Below, piece after piece: positions 36,335 through 45,240 of a stretch of 64,000 bases of DNA; the first letter of the stretch is position 1; each line of letters starts with the position of its first letter. Under the pieces are notes generated by a model. That model searched no databases. It had not been told where the DNA came from and saw only the letters and a program-made list of their open reading frames with translations. The position numbers were made by a program, and so were the translations under genes. Source of the DNA: a virus. The DNA lies in IMG/VR virus record IMGVR_UViG_3300028734_000021, positions 4,094 through 68,093 of that record. The stretch is one strand, 5' to 3'.

Positions 36335-36459
36335 AATTAAGTAAAAATTAGCTCGAATCTTTAACGATTCGAGTTAATTTTTACTTAATTTTAAGATTTT
36401 CTGGTGCGTCAAATTGAAAAATAAAAAAAAAATAGTTCAGATTAACTCTGAACTATTTT
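36333..36459. terminator. Two hairpins at the convergence of + and - transcription
   Basis: Stem of about 27 bp at 36333-36392, and AAAATAGTTCAGA / TCTGAACTATTTT at about 36429-36459. Confidence 0.65.
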
Positions 36460-36497
36460 CACACAATAAAACACACTTATAAAACACAATATATTTT

Positions 36498-36986
36498 TTA
36501 TTTATCTACATTTGGACAAAAGTAACTTGGATGTGAATGTTCACCAAGAGTATGATTACAAACAATACAAACTTCATCATAATTTCGTACTCTTTCACCA
36601 ATGAAATTATCTGCATATGTTGATAATAACCATGGAATATCTATGTTGATATTTTTTGCTCGTATTATTATTGCAGCTTCTTTCGATTCTTGTTTGATAC
36701 AATTTTGAACCATATCATGAATATTTTTCTGACCTTCTTCATCTAACAATTGATCAAATTTTTTATCCAGCATTTCATCAATTTCATCAAGTTCATTAAT
36801 CATTTCATTTTCATCAGAATAAATAGATAAAGCTGCGATCAAACCATCAAAATCTTCTGACTCATCATAAGCATCAGCAAGTTCAGTTACAAATACTATT
36901 GAAAATTTAAAACGTTCAGCAAGAGATTGTAAATATTCACTACGAGTTTGAAACCCTTTTTTTATTGAAACTTCGTTTGTACTCAT
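36498..36986 (-). CDS. Acidic hypothetical protein with C-terminal Cys/His motif
   Basis: RSEYLQSLAE..EDFDGLI motif recalled from phage proteins; CIVCNH..H..C tail. Confidence 0.7.
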   Translation of the reverse strand: MSTNEVSIKKGFQTRSEYLQSLAERFKFSIVFVTELADAYDESEDFDGLIAALSIYSDENEMINELDEIDEMLDKKFDQLLDEEGQKNIHDMVQNCIKQESKEAAIIIRAKNINIDIPWLLSTYADNFIGERVRNYDEVCIVCNHTLGEHSHPSYFCPNVDK

Positions 36987-36987
36987 T

Positions 36988-37245
36988 TTATTTTGTTTTT
37001 AACATGTTATTCAATTCAAGTTTGATTCTTTTAGCATCTTCACCTCTCCAAGTTGAAGCATTTGAAAGAAAATAACGAACAATATCTGAAGCTGAGTCTT
37101 CACCAAATTTATCATTAACTGTTCGAAGTTGACTCATAGCATTTAAATATGGTACAGCTCCAAAATAAATATTTTTCCATGTTTTTCTTATGTCTTCTGA
37201 AATAAGAAATAATGAACGAACCGTAGTTGAATTAATATTTTTCAT
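36988..37245 (-). CDS. Conserved phage hypothetical protein
   Basis: WKNIYFGAVPYLNAM..VRYFLSNASTWRGEDAKRIK motif recalled from diverse phages. Confidence 0.75.
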   Translation of the reverse strand: MKNINSTTVRSLFLISEDIRKTWKNIYFGAVPYLNAMSQLRTVNDKFGEDSASDIVRYFLSNASTWRGEDAKRIKLELNNMLKTK

Positions 37246-37268
37246 AACTATTATATTTTATTATAATT

Positions 37269-37298
37269 TATATATCCTTAATTTTTAAACAATATAAG
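37269..37298 (-). promoter_or_regulatory. Phage promoter motif
   Basis: CTTATA-N15-GGATATATA on - strand, preceded by TCTGAA. Confidence 0.65.
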
Positions 37299-37321
37299 CT
37301 TTCAGATAAAAACTTTTAAAA

Positions 37322-37361
37322 ATAAAAATACTCGATTCAATAAAGAATCGAGTATTTTTAT
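37322..37361 (-). terminator. Intrinsic terminator
   Basis: ATAAAAATACTCGATTC / GAATCGAGTATTTTTAT. Confidence 0.7.
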
Positions 37362-37571
37362 TTAATCTTTTGGATTAATTACATCGGAAATTAATCTAAA
37401 TCTTATTGTTCTATATAAAATTTTTGTTCTTATTTTTTCTTTATTTCCAATTGATGGAATATCAAGTAATTTACAAATCTTTAAAAGATCATTTTTACTA
37501 AGATTTATTAATAATTTTTCACCTGATTCAGTTGAATTTTCAAGATATAACTTTTCAATAATTTCTTTCAT
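37362..37571 (-). CDS. Small protein, possible SAP-like DNA-binding motif
   Basis: LSKNDLLKICKLLDIPSIGNKEKI. Confidence 0.5.
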   Translation of the reverse strand: MKEIIEKLYLENSTESGEKLLINLSKNDLLKICKLLDIPSIGNKEKIRTKILYRTIRFRLISDVINPKD

Positions 37572-37580
37572 ATGTGATTA

Positions 37581-37814
37581 TTAAATTTCAGTTGAATTTA
37601 AACTGTTTATTAATTCAAGTTCCAATATTGAACCTCCAGTTATTTTAGATAAAGCTTCATCATAATCTTCTGTTTTTTCATCAAACTTTCCATTAGTGAA
37701 ACCTTTTTTTGGAAATTCAGTATCTATCCAAAATCTTGAACATGGTCCTAAATTATCATGTTCAATTATCTTTAAACTATTGTTTTCAATAAAAATCGTA
37801 AAATATTTTTTCAT
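37581..37814 (-). CDS. Hypothetical protein
   Basis: Operon ORF. Confidence 0.6.
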   Translation of the reverse strand: MKKYFTIFIENNSLKIIEHDNLGPCSRFWIDTEFPKKGFTNGKFDEKTEDYDEALSKITGGSILELELINSLNSTEI

Positions 37815-37825
37815 CTTTAATTTGT

Positions 37826-38248
37826 TTAATAAATTTTATGAACAATGAATTGTTTATCAATTTCTTCCCAATTAACCATATTACCCCAACCCATACAACA
37901 CTTTTTTAATGGTATATCGTTTGAATAATCATCAATAAATATTGTTTTATTTTTAATCATTTCATCCCAATCCCATGAATCAGGTTGAATTTTTAATTTA
38001 ACAACATCCAATATTGGTTTGATTTCTAAATCTTCTGTATGTCTATTTTTAAAGAACATCCATGATTCTTCATTAATAAGACGTAATGCATTTTCTAAAT
38101 CTTTACCTGTATAACTTGTATTTAGAATAAATGAATGACCAGCATCTTGAAGTTTTTTTATTATTTCAAAACATCCAAAATTAACACGACCAATTTTTTC
38201 ATCAGATTGTTCAACAATCGTTCCAACAAAATCCAAATATATTTTCAT
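37826..38248 (-). CDS. HAD-superfamily-like protein
   Basis: IYLDFVGTIVE (variant of DxDGT), ILNTS, IFIDD. Confidence 0.6.
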   Translation of the reverse strand: MKIYLDFVGTIVEQSDEKIGRVNFGCFEIIKKLQDAGHSFILNTSYTGKDLENALRLINEESWMFFKNRHTEDLEIKPILDVVKLKIQPDSWDWDEMIKNKTIFIDDYSNDIPLKKCCMGWGNMVNWEEIDKQFIVHKIY

Positions 38249-38251
38249 GTT

Positions 38252-38995
38252 TTAAATGTTTTGATTAATCCATTGTTCCATATTAAATTCAATTGTTTTT
38301 GTTTTATTTGCATGATAAGCAATTAAAGCTTCATCATAATCACATTTCATTTTAAGCATTTTATTAATCAAATCAATACGAGAAAATTGTTGTTTTAGTT
38401 TAATTATTGAACATTCATTTTGTGAATTTGTTTTTGGTTTATTAACAACATGTCCTTTACAAATTCCATTATAATTACAAATATTGTAAGATAATAATTG
38501 TTCAGCTCCACAATCTTCACAAATACCAATGTTTGAATCAATTTCAATTAAAACTTCTGTAATTGAACATTTTGATTCAATAAATGAATTCATAAAAGCA
38601 TCAGAAGGATGTGGAAAATACAAATTAACATGTATTTTATCAGATCTGTTTTTATCTGTTGTTGAAATAACTCTCAAATAACGATCTTTTCTTTTATTAT
38701 AATATTCTAATTCATCAAAAACTTCAACAGGTCCTTCATTTGTATTCATACAATTACAAACAATATCACCATCTTTAAAATTTTCATCTTTAGATAATCT
38801 TTCACAAATAAAAATATTCCAAAATCTGTCATTTCCAATTTGAAAATGTCCTAATTCAGTTTTACGATAAATTTGTGTATAAGGTTTATTAAACATCATA
38901 ATTGGACCAACTTCTCCACTTCTTGTTTGACATATTACAATTTCAGCTTTTTGATAAAATTTACCTTCAATTTCAATAAGATTTTTCTTTAACAT
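38252..38995 (-). CDS. Hypothetical protein with Cys clusters
   Basis: 247-aa ORF after promoter; CEDC..C..C. Confidence 0.7.
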   Translation of the reverse strand: MLKKNLIEIEGKFYQKAEIVICQTRSGEVGPIMMFNKPYTQIYRKTELGHFQIGNDRFWNIFICERLSKDENFKDGDIVCNCMNTNEGPVEVFDELEYYNKRKDRYLRVISTTDKNRSDKIHVNLYFPHPSDAFMNSFIESKCSITEVLIEIDSNIGICEDCGAEQLLSYNICNYNGICKGHVVNKPKTNSQNECSIIKLKQQFSRIDLINKMLKMKCDYDEALIAYHANKTKTIEFNMEQWINQNI

Positions 38996-39026
38996 AACTT
39001 TTAGTTTTTAGTTTTAGAATCTAAAT

Positions 39027-39056
39027 AATATATCCTGTTAATCAAATAAATATGGG
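39027..39056 (-). promoter_or_regulatory. Phage promoter motif
   Basis: CCCATA-N15-GGATATATT on - strand, preceded by GTCTGAATA. Confidence 0.65.
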
Positions 39057-39082
39057 TATTCAGACTAAACATATGTATAAAA

Positions 39083-39112
39083 AATAGGTCTGATTTCACA
39101 ATCAGACCTATT
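39083..39112 (-). terminator. Intrinsic terminator
   Basis: AATAGGTCTGATT-TCAC-AATCAGACCTATT. Confidence 0.7.
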
Positions 39113-39139
39113 CAAAAATTCAAATAAATACTCACTTAA

Positions 39140-39586
39140 TCACATAATATAAACAGTATGTTTCATATTCAAATCATTACTGAAAATTATTGAAATTTTC
39201 ATATCAATAGTTGTTATTGTAAAATATTGTATAACACCTAAATCATTTTTAATTTGAACTATTAAATTATCTGTAATCCAATCATTTGTTAAATTTGTTA
39301 TTTCAATATTGAATTCATTAATACGAAAAATATTATATGTTATACCATTAATAATTTGAACATAATTATCACCAATATTTAATGTATTTGGAATAATAAT
39401 TGCTAATTTTTCTCTAATCAATAATGCTTTTATTTTTAATAGATAAATTATTAATGAAGAAAAATTACGACTTAAAATAAATATGTTTGATTTTATTGCT
39501 GATGTACTATTAGTATCAGTAAATTCAAAATCTGATTGTGTTTTAAATTCTTCTAATTCAATATCAGTAAAATTTGTATTTGACAT
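39140..39586 (-). CDS. Hypothetical protein, possibly virion-associated
   Basis: Beta-rich ORF. Confidence 0.6.
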   Translation of the reverse strand: MSNTNFTDIELEEFKTQSDFEFTDTNSTSAIKSNIFILSRNFSSLIIYLLKIKALLIREKLAIIIPNTLNIGDNYVQIINGITYNIFRINEFNIEITNLTNDWITDNLIVQIKNDLGVIQYFTITTIDMKISIIFSNDLNMKHTVYIM

Positions 39587-39590
39587 AATT

Positions 39591-39935
39591 TTAATTTTTT
39601 ACTTGCTTAGCATTATATTTACCATATTGTTTTGTTAAATTTTCCTTATCTTTTTCAGATAAAATATTATCTGTTGTTCCAACAAAATTAGATACACTTG
39701 ATAAAAATTCATCAATATTTTTTGTATTGTTATAATGCCATTGTAATCCAAACCTACTTGTCAGATTAACTTTAATACTTCCCATTATTACACCACAATC
39801 AAATTTAAATTGTTTTGATTTTGTTTTCAAAACAACTGTCAATAAATCAACATTAAATTCAACTTTTGGTTCTGAACTTTCATTCAAATTAACATTGATT
39901 GAATTATCATTAATTATTTTTTTTTCAATATTCAT
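39591..39935 (-). CDS. Hypothetical protein
   Basis: N-terminal LNES motif. Confidence 0.65.
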   Translation of the reverse strand: MNIEKKIINDNSINVNLNESSEPKVEFNVDLLTVVLKTKSKQFKFDCGVIMGSIKVNLTSRFGLQWHYNNTKNIDEFLSSVSNFVGTTDNILSEKDKENLTKQYGKYNAKQVKN

Positions 39936-39946
39936 AATTTTATATT

Positions 39947-42064
39947 TTATACGTTAAAAGAATTATTTAATTCATTATCTAATGGATTTTGACTTACTTC
40001 ATCATAAACATCATTAAGTCTTTTACCACTGATAAGATTTTGTTCAATTTCTTCAACATCAGTTTCATCAAATTTTATTAATTCACTACAATTTGTTTGA
40101 ATATAATTATATAAAAATTCTAAACCTGCTTTTATTCCAGGATATTCGAGAAAAGCTGCTTTTAATTTTTCCTGTAATGTTTTTATTTTGGTTGACATTG
40201 CTGATTGAGTGAATGTTTTATTTGTTGCTCCAAAACTTGCATAATAATCGGATAAAACAACACCCATTTCTTCTTGTTTATACATATTATTGGCATTCAA
40301 TTTTCCTCCACCAATAACATCATTTTTAACTTCTAAACCATATAACATTTTAAACAGTTTATAATCATATTTGTTAAATATTTTCTTCTTGGTAAATTCT
40401 TTTTTACCTGTATCTGAATCTATTTTTGTTTCAAATAAATTAAATAATTGTTTAACAGATTTATATAATTCTTCAAATTCAAATCCAATTTCAGCACTCA
40501 TACTTGAAGAAGCAACATTAGCCCAAATATCTGCATTTTGTCCACCTTCAGAACCTCCAATTATATCTGAATATTTACTTTCAGTAACAACATTTGCTGG
40601 TTTTTCAATACTTGACATTCCATCGAGTAATGTGTCAAGCATTTCTTTTGGAAGATCTTTTAATTCAGGATTATTTTTAAGAAAAGATTTTAATTGTCCA
40701 TCATAAAAATGTACAATTGTTGCCATTGAACTACCAGAAATAGTACCACCTGAACTAAGTTCATACATTCCTCTTTTAATTGCTCCAGTAACATATCTGT
40801 GTGCAAAACCATTAAAACTTATTGCTGAATTGGATATTTTTTGTGTTTTATACCATTTATCAATAGCTACTGATAAACCAACAAGACCATAAGCAACACA
40901 ATCATCATAAAGATGCATCATATTTAATTTTGAACAGGAATTATAAGCAATTCCTTTAACATATTCAATATTGGCTGAAGCCAACATTTCTTTTGGTTTT
41001 TGTTCTTCAACTGTTTCAAAATCAAAAATTTCAAACATAACATTTGTTATATCTTGATTACCTTTTAATTTTGATATTTCATTTGCCGATTCAATTTTAA
41101 TAGTATCAAGTTTATTAACTAAATCAGTAATTTTATTTTCAGGTGTTGCAAGTATTAAAAGTTTTTTTAATTGATTCAAATTATAATTAGATACTTCTTT
41201 TGGTAATAAATCAACTATTTCAGATATGTAACCACAAAGATTAGCATATTCTTGTTTTAACGTTAATGGTGCTATTTCAGTTTCAGTTTCATTATCCAAA
41301 TATTCATCAATATCAATTTCTTCTTCAACATCATTATAACTATCAATTTCTTCAAAATAATCTATTTTATTGTCAATTTCCATGTCTGGAAAATTAAGAA
41401 TCAATAATTTACGTAAAAGTTTCATTTTAGATACCAATGAGTTTGGATTAACTAAATTGAATTCATTTTCAAGAGCTTTTCGTTGTTCTTTTAATGATTT
41501 AAGTAACTCTGAATTTTTAATTTTTTCATCACTAACAACTTTTTCTTCTTTCCAATTTTTATCCTTATAAAGTTTAACAAATTTATTTTTAGTTAATTCA
41601 AGATTATCTATCATTTCTTGAGTTTTAATAACTAAATCCTTTTCGTTTGAAAATTTATAATTAGCAAGTTCTGATTTTAAAATATCCAATTGATTTTGAA
41701 GAACTTTAAATTGTGGTGATTTTTTCAAATAACTTTCAAGTTTTTCTTTTGCATGTCTTGAAAGAGCATTAGTTGTTGTTCCAACTTCTCCATATTTTTG
41801 CATTTTATTAAGAGTGACACTTTTACCTCTTTCCATAATATTATTATATTCTGAAGAAGAAACTTTATCTGTATAATGAATATCAGATTCTTCAGTAGAT
41901 AATTTGGATTTTTTTGTTTTATTAACAATAACTTTTTTACCTTCTTTTGTTGTTCCAATAACAACATCTTCATCATTACTTACTGGAATTTCACTTGCAA
42001 AAATTTGTTCATTATCCAAATAGGAATCAATATCAGGAATTTCGCTTTCAAAATCTTGTGTCAT
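39947..42064 (-). CDS. Large sigma70-family (group 3-like) RNA polymerase sigma factor
   Basis: ANIEYVKGIA..DDCVAYGLVGLSVAIDK..FNGFAHRYVTGAIKR (region 2); KLFKMLYGL..KQEEMG..TQSAMSTKIKTLQEKLK (region 4); ~360-aa N-terminal extension. Confidence 0.7.
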   Translation of the reverse strand: MTQDFESEIPDIDSYLDNEQIFASEIPVSNDEDVVIGTTKEGKKVIVNKTKKSKLSTEESDIHYTDKVSSSEYNNIMERGKSVTLNKMQKYGEVGTTTNALSRHAKEKLESYLKKSPQFKVLQNQLDILKSELANYKFSNEKDLVIKTQEMIDNLELTKNKFVKLYKDKNWKEEKVVSDEKIKNSELLKSLKEQRKALENEFNLVNPNSLVSKMKLLRKLLILNFPDMEIDNKIDYFEEIDSYNDVEEEIDIDEYLDNETETEIAPLTLKQEYANLCGYISEIVDLLPKEVSNYNLNQLKKLLILATPENKITDLVNKLDTIKIESANEISKLKGNQDITNVMFEIFDFETVEEQKPKEMLASANIEYVKGIAYNSCSKLNMMHLYDDCVAYGLVGLSVAIDKWYKTQKISNSAISFNGFAHRYVTGAIKRGMYELSSGGTISGSSMATIVHFYDGQLKSFLKNNPELKDLPKEMLDTLLDGMSSIEKPANVVTESKYSDIIGGSEGGQNADIWANVASSSMSAEIGFEFEELYKSVKQLFNLFETKIDSDTGKKEFTKKKIFNKYDYKLFKMLYGLEVKNDVIGGGKLNANNMYKQEEMGVVLSDYYASFGATNKTFTQSAMSTKIKTLQEKLKAAFLEYPGIKAGLEFLYNYIQTNCSELIKFDETDVEEIEQNLISGKRLNDVYDEVSQNPLDNELNNSFNV

Positions 42065-42213
42065 AATTTTGTTTTTTAATTGTGTGATTTAATTGTGAAT
42101 TATTTGTTGTTTGTTTATTTATTTCTTTATTAATGTAATGATGTTCAATTCAATTCAAATAATTTATTCCAAGCATTCTTGGATTAAAAAATAATAAATA
42201 AAGTTTCTCAATA

Positions 42214-42221
42214 CAAATATA
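42214..42221 (-). promoter_or_regulatory. Possible Bacteroidetes primary-sigma -7 box
   Basis: TATATTTG (TAnnTTTG) 150 nt upstream of the sigma gene; upstream TTTG spacing is non-optimal (12 or 24). Confidence 0.35.
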
Positions 42222-42319
42222 CTAATTATTATTCAAATATGAAAACAAAAAGTATATAATAAAAACTAAAATACAATATTTATGTCATAATTGAATTGAA
42301 TACGATTCAATATTGAAAT

Positions 42320-43936
42320 TTATTTTAAAAGTTCTTTCATTTTTTGATTGATATTATTTTCAATAGTTATTCCATTTTTATCATTTAATAATTCATTATT
42401 ATTTTCAAGACCATCTCCATATTTAGATATTGAATTATTTTCAGTTTTTATTATTGTTTGTGATACGGATTTAACACCGTCAGCAATAAAATCAAAAGAT
42501 TGTCCTAAAGTGTTATCAATTTCTTTTTTTTCATAACCGAAAAAACTTCTTGTTTGTTTTGAAATATCTATTTGATTATTATGATGCACAATTTTTGGAG
42601 CATAATATATTCTTTTACCCATATTGAACATCATTTCAATACCGGCTTTATCTTTGGCCATTCCTGGTTTTAACTTAATCTTAACTTGAAGTTTTGTTGG
42701 AAAATCACCATAACTTAATGAATCAGTTGGAAATGAAAAATCTGTTCCAGTACAAATAAGATTACCAATTGTCATTATTGGATTAACAGGATTACCAATA
42801 GTTATATGCCATTGTCCTGTTGGTTCATTAGATAATAAACTATTCATTGTTAAAATTCCAGGACGTCCAATTTTATCAAGAATTTTTCCAAAAGCTAAAG
42901 CCATTCCACCTTTCATAGCTTGTTTTAAAGCATCAATATGTGAACCACCTTTTGCTGTACCAAAACCAGCAATTGCTGATTTTAATTCATTTAAACTTCC
43001 TTTAGCTCCTTCCATAATAGTAGCCATATTATCGCTATTCATATATTGAATACGTTTATAAAACATTGATGGTCTTTCACCAATCCAATATCTTGCTCCA
43101 GGCCAAAATTTACCATTATTATAAGTACAAGCTAAAATATTACTTATAATATCCCTCATAGCATATTCGGGAGTTCTTCCATTTATGCTCCGTAATTCAT
43201 AATCAAATACTAATTCAAATTCTTTTCCAAATTCAAAACCAATATCACGTATATTTGTTGTTGTAAGTGAATCAACAGGACCATAAACTTTATTTTGATC
43301 AGCTTTTGGGTCAAGTTGATTTGCATTTTCACCTCTTAATGAATTTTTTATTAATTCTGGATCAAAAGCTGACATTGCTTTTTTCATAAAACCGGAAACT
43401 CCACTTTGTTCACCTTGCATTGTTGCTTGTTCCATTTCAGCAGTTAATTCTTTCCATTTCATATTGTAACTAAATGACAATATTTCATCAAGTTTATTAA
43501 CATCTTGACTATAATAAGTAATTAATCTTGCAATATCTGGTTCTCCTTGAGTTTCTTTATCCCAAATATTGTCAGTACATGGATATGGAAAACGTCGAAG
43601 AGTAATTAAATGATTTATTGGAAATCCAAGATTTTTACAATATAAAAAATCATCAGCATCATATTGCATTGCTCTTGAATCCATTTTACATAAATCAGTA
43701 AAAGAACGAACTTGAAATAAATCCTTGTGATTTGGAATATCACTATCTTTTGATGGAAAATCGTTTGTTAATTTAATTAAATGTAATCGGTTTATTACTG
43801 AACGAGTAATATCTTTTCCATCAGACATTTTTGCTTTATTTGCACCTTTTGGAATAGCTAATTCATTAAAATCAACTTTTTCATATTCTGGAGCAACAAC
43901 GTTTGAATTTACATCATTATTATCAATAACAGCCAT
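42320..43936 (-). CDS. Putative baseplate/tail-tube-associated protein
   Basis: FELVFDYEL and WHITIGNPVNP..GNLIC..FPTKLQVKIKL resemble a tube/gp48-like fold; structural context. Confidence 0.45.
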   Translation of the reverse strand: MAVIDNNDVNSNVVAPEYEKVDFNELAIPKGANKAKMSDGKDITRSVINRLHLIKLTNDFPSKDSDIPNHKDLFQVRSFTDLCKMDSRAMQYDADDFLYCKNLGFPINHLITLRRFPYPCTDNIWDKETQGEPDIARLITYYSQDVNKLDEILSFSYNMKWKELTAEMEQATMQGEQSGVSGFMKKAMSAFDPELIKNSLRGENANQLDPKADQNKVYGPVDSLTTTNIRDIGFEFGKEFELVFDYELRSINGRTPEYAMRDIISNILACTYNNGKFWPGARYWIGERPSMFYKRIQYMNSDNMATIMEGAKGSLNELKSAIAGFGTAKGGSHIDALKQAMKGGMALAFGKILDKIGRPGILTMNSLLSNEPTGQWHITIGNPVNPIMTIGNLICTGTDFSFPTDSLSYGDFPTKLQVKIKLKPGMAKDKAGIEMMFNMGKRIYYAPKIVHHNNQIDISKQTRSFFGYEKKEIDNTLGQSFDFIADGVKSVSQTIIKTENNSISKYGDGLENNNELLNDKNGITIENNINQKMKELLK

Positions 43937-43946
43937 AATTTATTTT

Positions 43947-44411
43947 TTAAATATTATCAATATCTTGTATTTGTTTAAGAATATCATTCCTAACCATTGA
44001 CGTATATTCTTTACGAAGTTTAATAAGAACTTCAAGAGTATTTCTAACAAAAAATCCTTCAATACAGAATAAATTTAATGAAAAATCAAAATTAGGTAAA
44101 ATTTTTGTTGATTTTTTATTAAAAATAACTTTTGTTTCAATATCATATGGGGCAGTATAAAGAAAATTATTTGTGACAAAATCAGCTATTATTTTTGGTG
44201 TTTCAATAATTTCCAATAATTTTATATAATAAATTTTATTCATACCATCATCAAATTTATCATCAATTATTATACCTCTTCCAACCATAGGTCTATGATA
44301 ATCTAATGTATTTGCAAATAAAAAATAACAATTATCATTTATATTTAAAATTGGATTTTCCTCTGAATAAAAATTAATTAATTCAGTACCAACAATTCCA
44401 TATGTTTCCAT
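43947..44411 (-). CDS. Hypothetical protein
   Basis: Operon ORF. Confidence 0.7.
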   Translation of the reverse strand: METYGIVGTELINFYSEENPILNINDNCYFLFANTLDYHRPMVGRGIIIDDKFDDGMNKIYYIKLLEIIETPKIIADFVTNNFLYTAPYDIETKVIFNKKSTKILPNFDFSLNLFCIEGFFVRNTLEVLIKLRKEYTSMVRNDILKQIQDIDNI

Positions 44412-44413
44412 AA

Positions 44414-45205
44414 TTATATTATTGTATTTAAATATTTTTGAATTTCTGAAATACCTTCTTCAATTTCATTATTAACTATTGATTTTTTATCAACTATTAT
44501 TTCTGGTTCAGGAGAAACATATATTTCCTTTATAATAGGTTCAGTTTTAATATTGTTAATATTGTCAACTGTTTTAATTATATTTTCAAAAAGTTTTTGT
44601 CTTAATTTTTCTTTAAGCAATAATTTTATATCAATAATTGATATTTCATTAATTAAATATTCAAGTATTATGTTTTCGTTTAGACTCAATAATTCAATTG
44701 TTTGTCTTAATTTTTCAATATCATAATTAAATTCAATTGGTAATTCAATATCAATTATTGGTTTTTTTATTTTATTATCAATACCTAAATCATCGAAAGT
44801 TTTTTTATTTAAATTATCAATATTTATTTTTTTAATTATTGATATTTCAAATGGTATTATTTTTTCTTCAATTATTTTTATTTGTACAATATCTTGTTTT
44901 TTTATTTTTTCTTCAAATTCAACCATTTGTGAATCATAATCAGATAATTTTTCTTCAATATCTGAACTTTCACCTATCCCTTCTAAAAGATTTTTTGGAA
45001 ATGGTTTAGTCTCAATTTTTGATGCAGAAGTATATAATTTTATCCAATTATTTTCTAATTCATAGGTTGGAATACTCTTTGCATCTTGTGTGATCCAATA
45101 TCCTTCTTTTTTTGAATCGGGGCCTAAAATTCTAATTATATCAGGCTTATCGGAATTTAACGAATCTATTGATTGATAATGTCCTGTTGTTATTATTTTT
45201 TCCAT
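44414..45205 (-). CDS. Hypothetical protein
   Basis: Start moved to ATG 45205 to avoid overlap. Confidence 0.7.
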   Translation of the reverse strand: MEKIITTGHYQSIDSLNSDKPDIIRILGPDSKKEGYWITQDAKSIPTYELENNWIKLYTSASKIETKPFPKNLLEGIGESSDIEEKLSDYDSQMVEFEEKIKKQDIVQIKIIEEKIIPFEISIIKKINIDNLNKKTFDDLGIDNKIKKPIIDIELPIEFNYDIEKLRQTIELLSLNENIILEYLINEISIIDIKLLLKEKLRQKLFENIIKTVDNINNIKTEPIIKEIYVSPEPEIIVDKKSIVNNEIEEGISEIQKYLNTII

Positions 45206-45240
45206 ATTATTGTTAATTATTTTGTTATTATTTGGATATT

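Larger units (their letters stand above)
31815..36409. repeat. Array of ten 93-95-bp elements with 13-bp inverted arms ACGYACCWGTAAA...TTTACWGGTGCGT and an off-centre C(AA/TT)G-N8-C(AA/TT)G core
   Basis: Units 31815-31908, 32006-32098, 32279-32371, 33079-33172, 33287-33380, 34382-34474, 34572-34666, 35235-35327, 35425-35518, 35920-36012; extra arms at 31927, 33052, 33256, 33395, 34541, 35394; lone arm 36397-36409. Confidence 0.92.

Noticed and set aside
31815-36409. Repeat array as a CRISPR array
   Set aside because: Repeats are 13-bp inverted arms with conserved internal cores and irregular, gene-containing gaps rather than direct repeats with unique spacers; no cas genes are present
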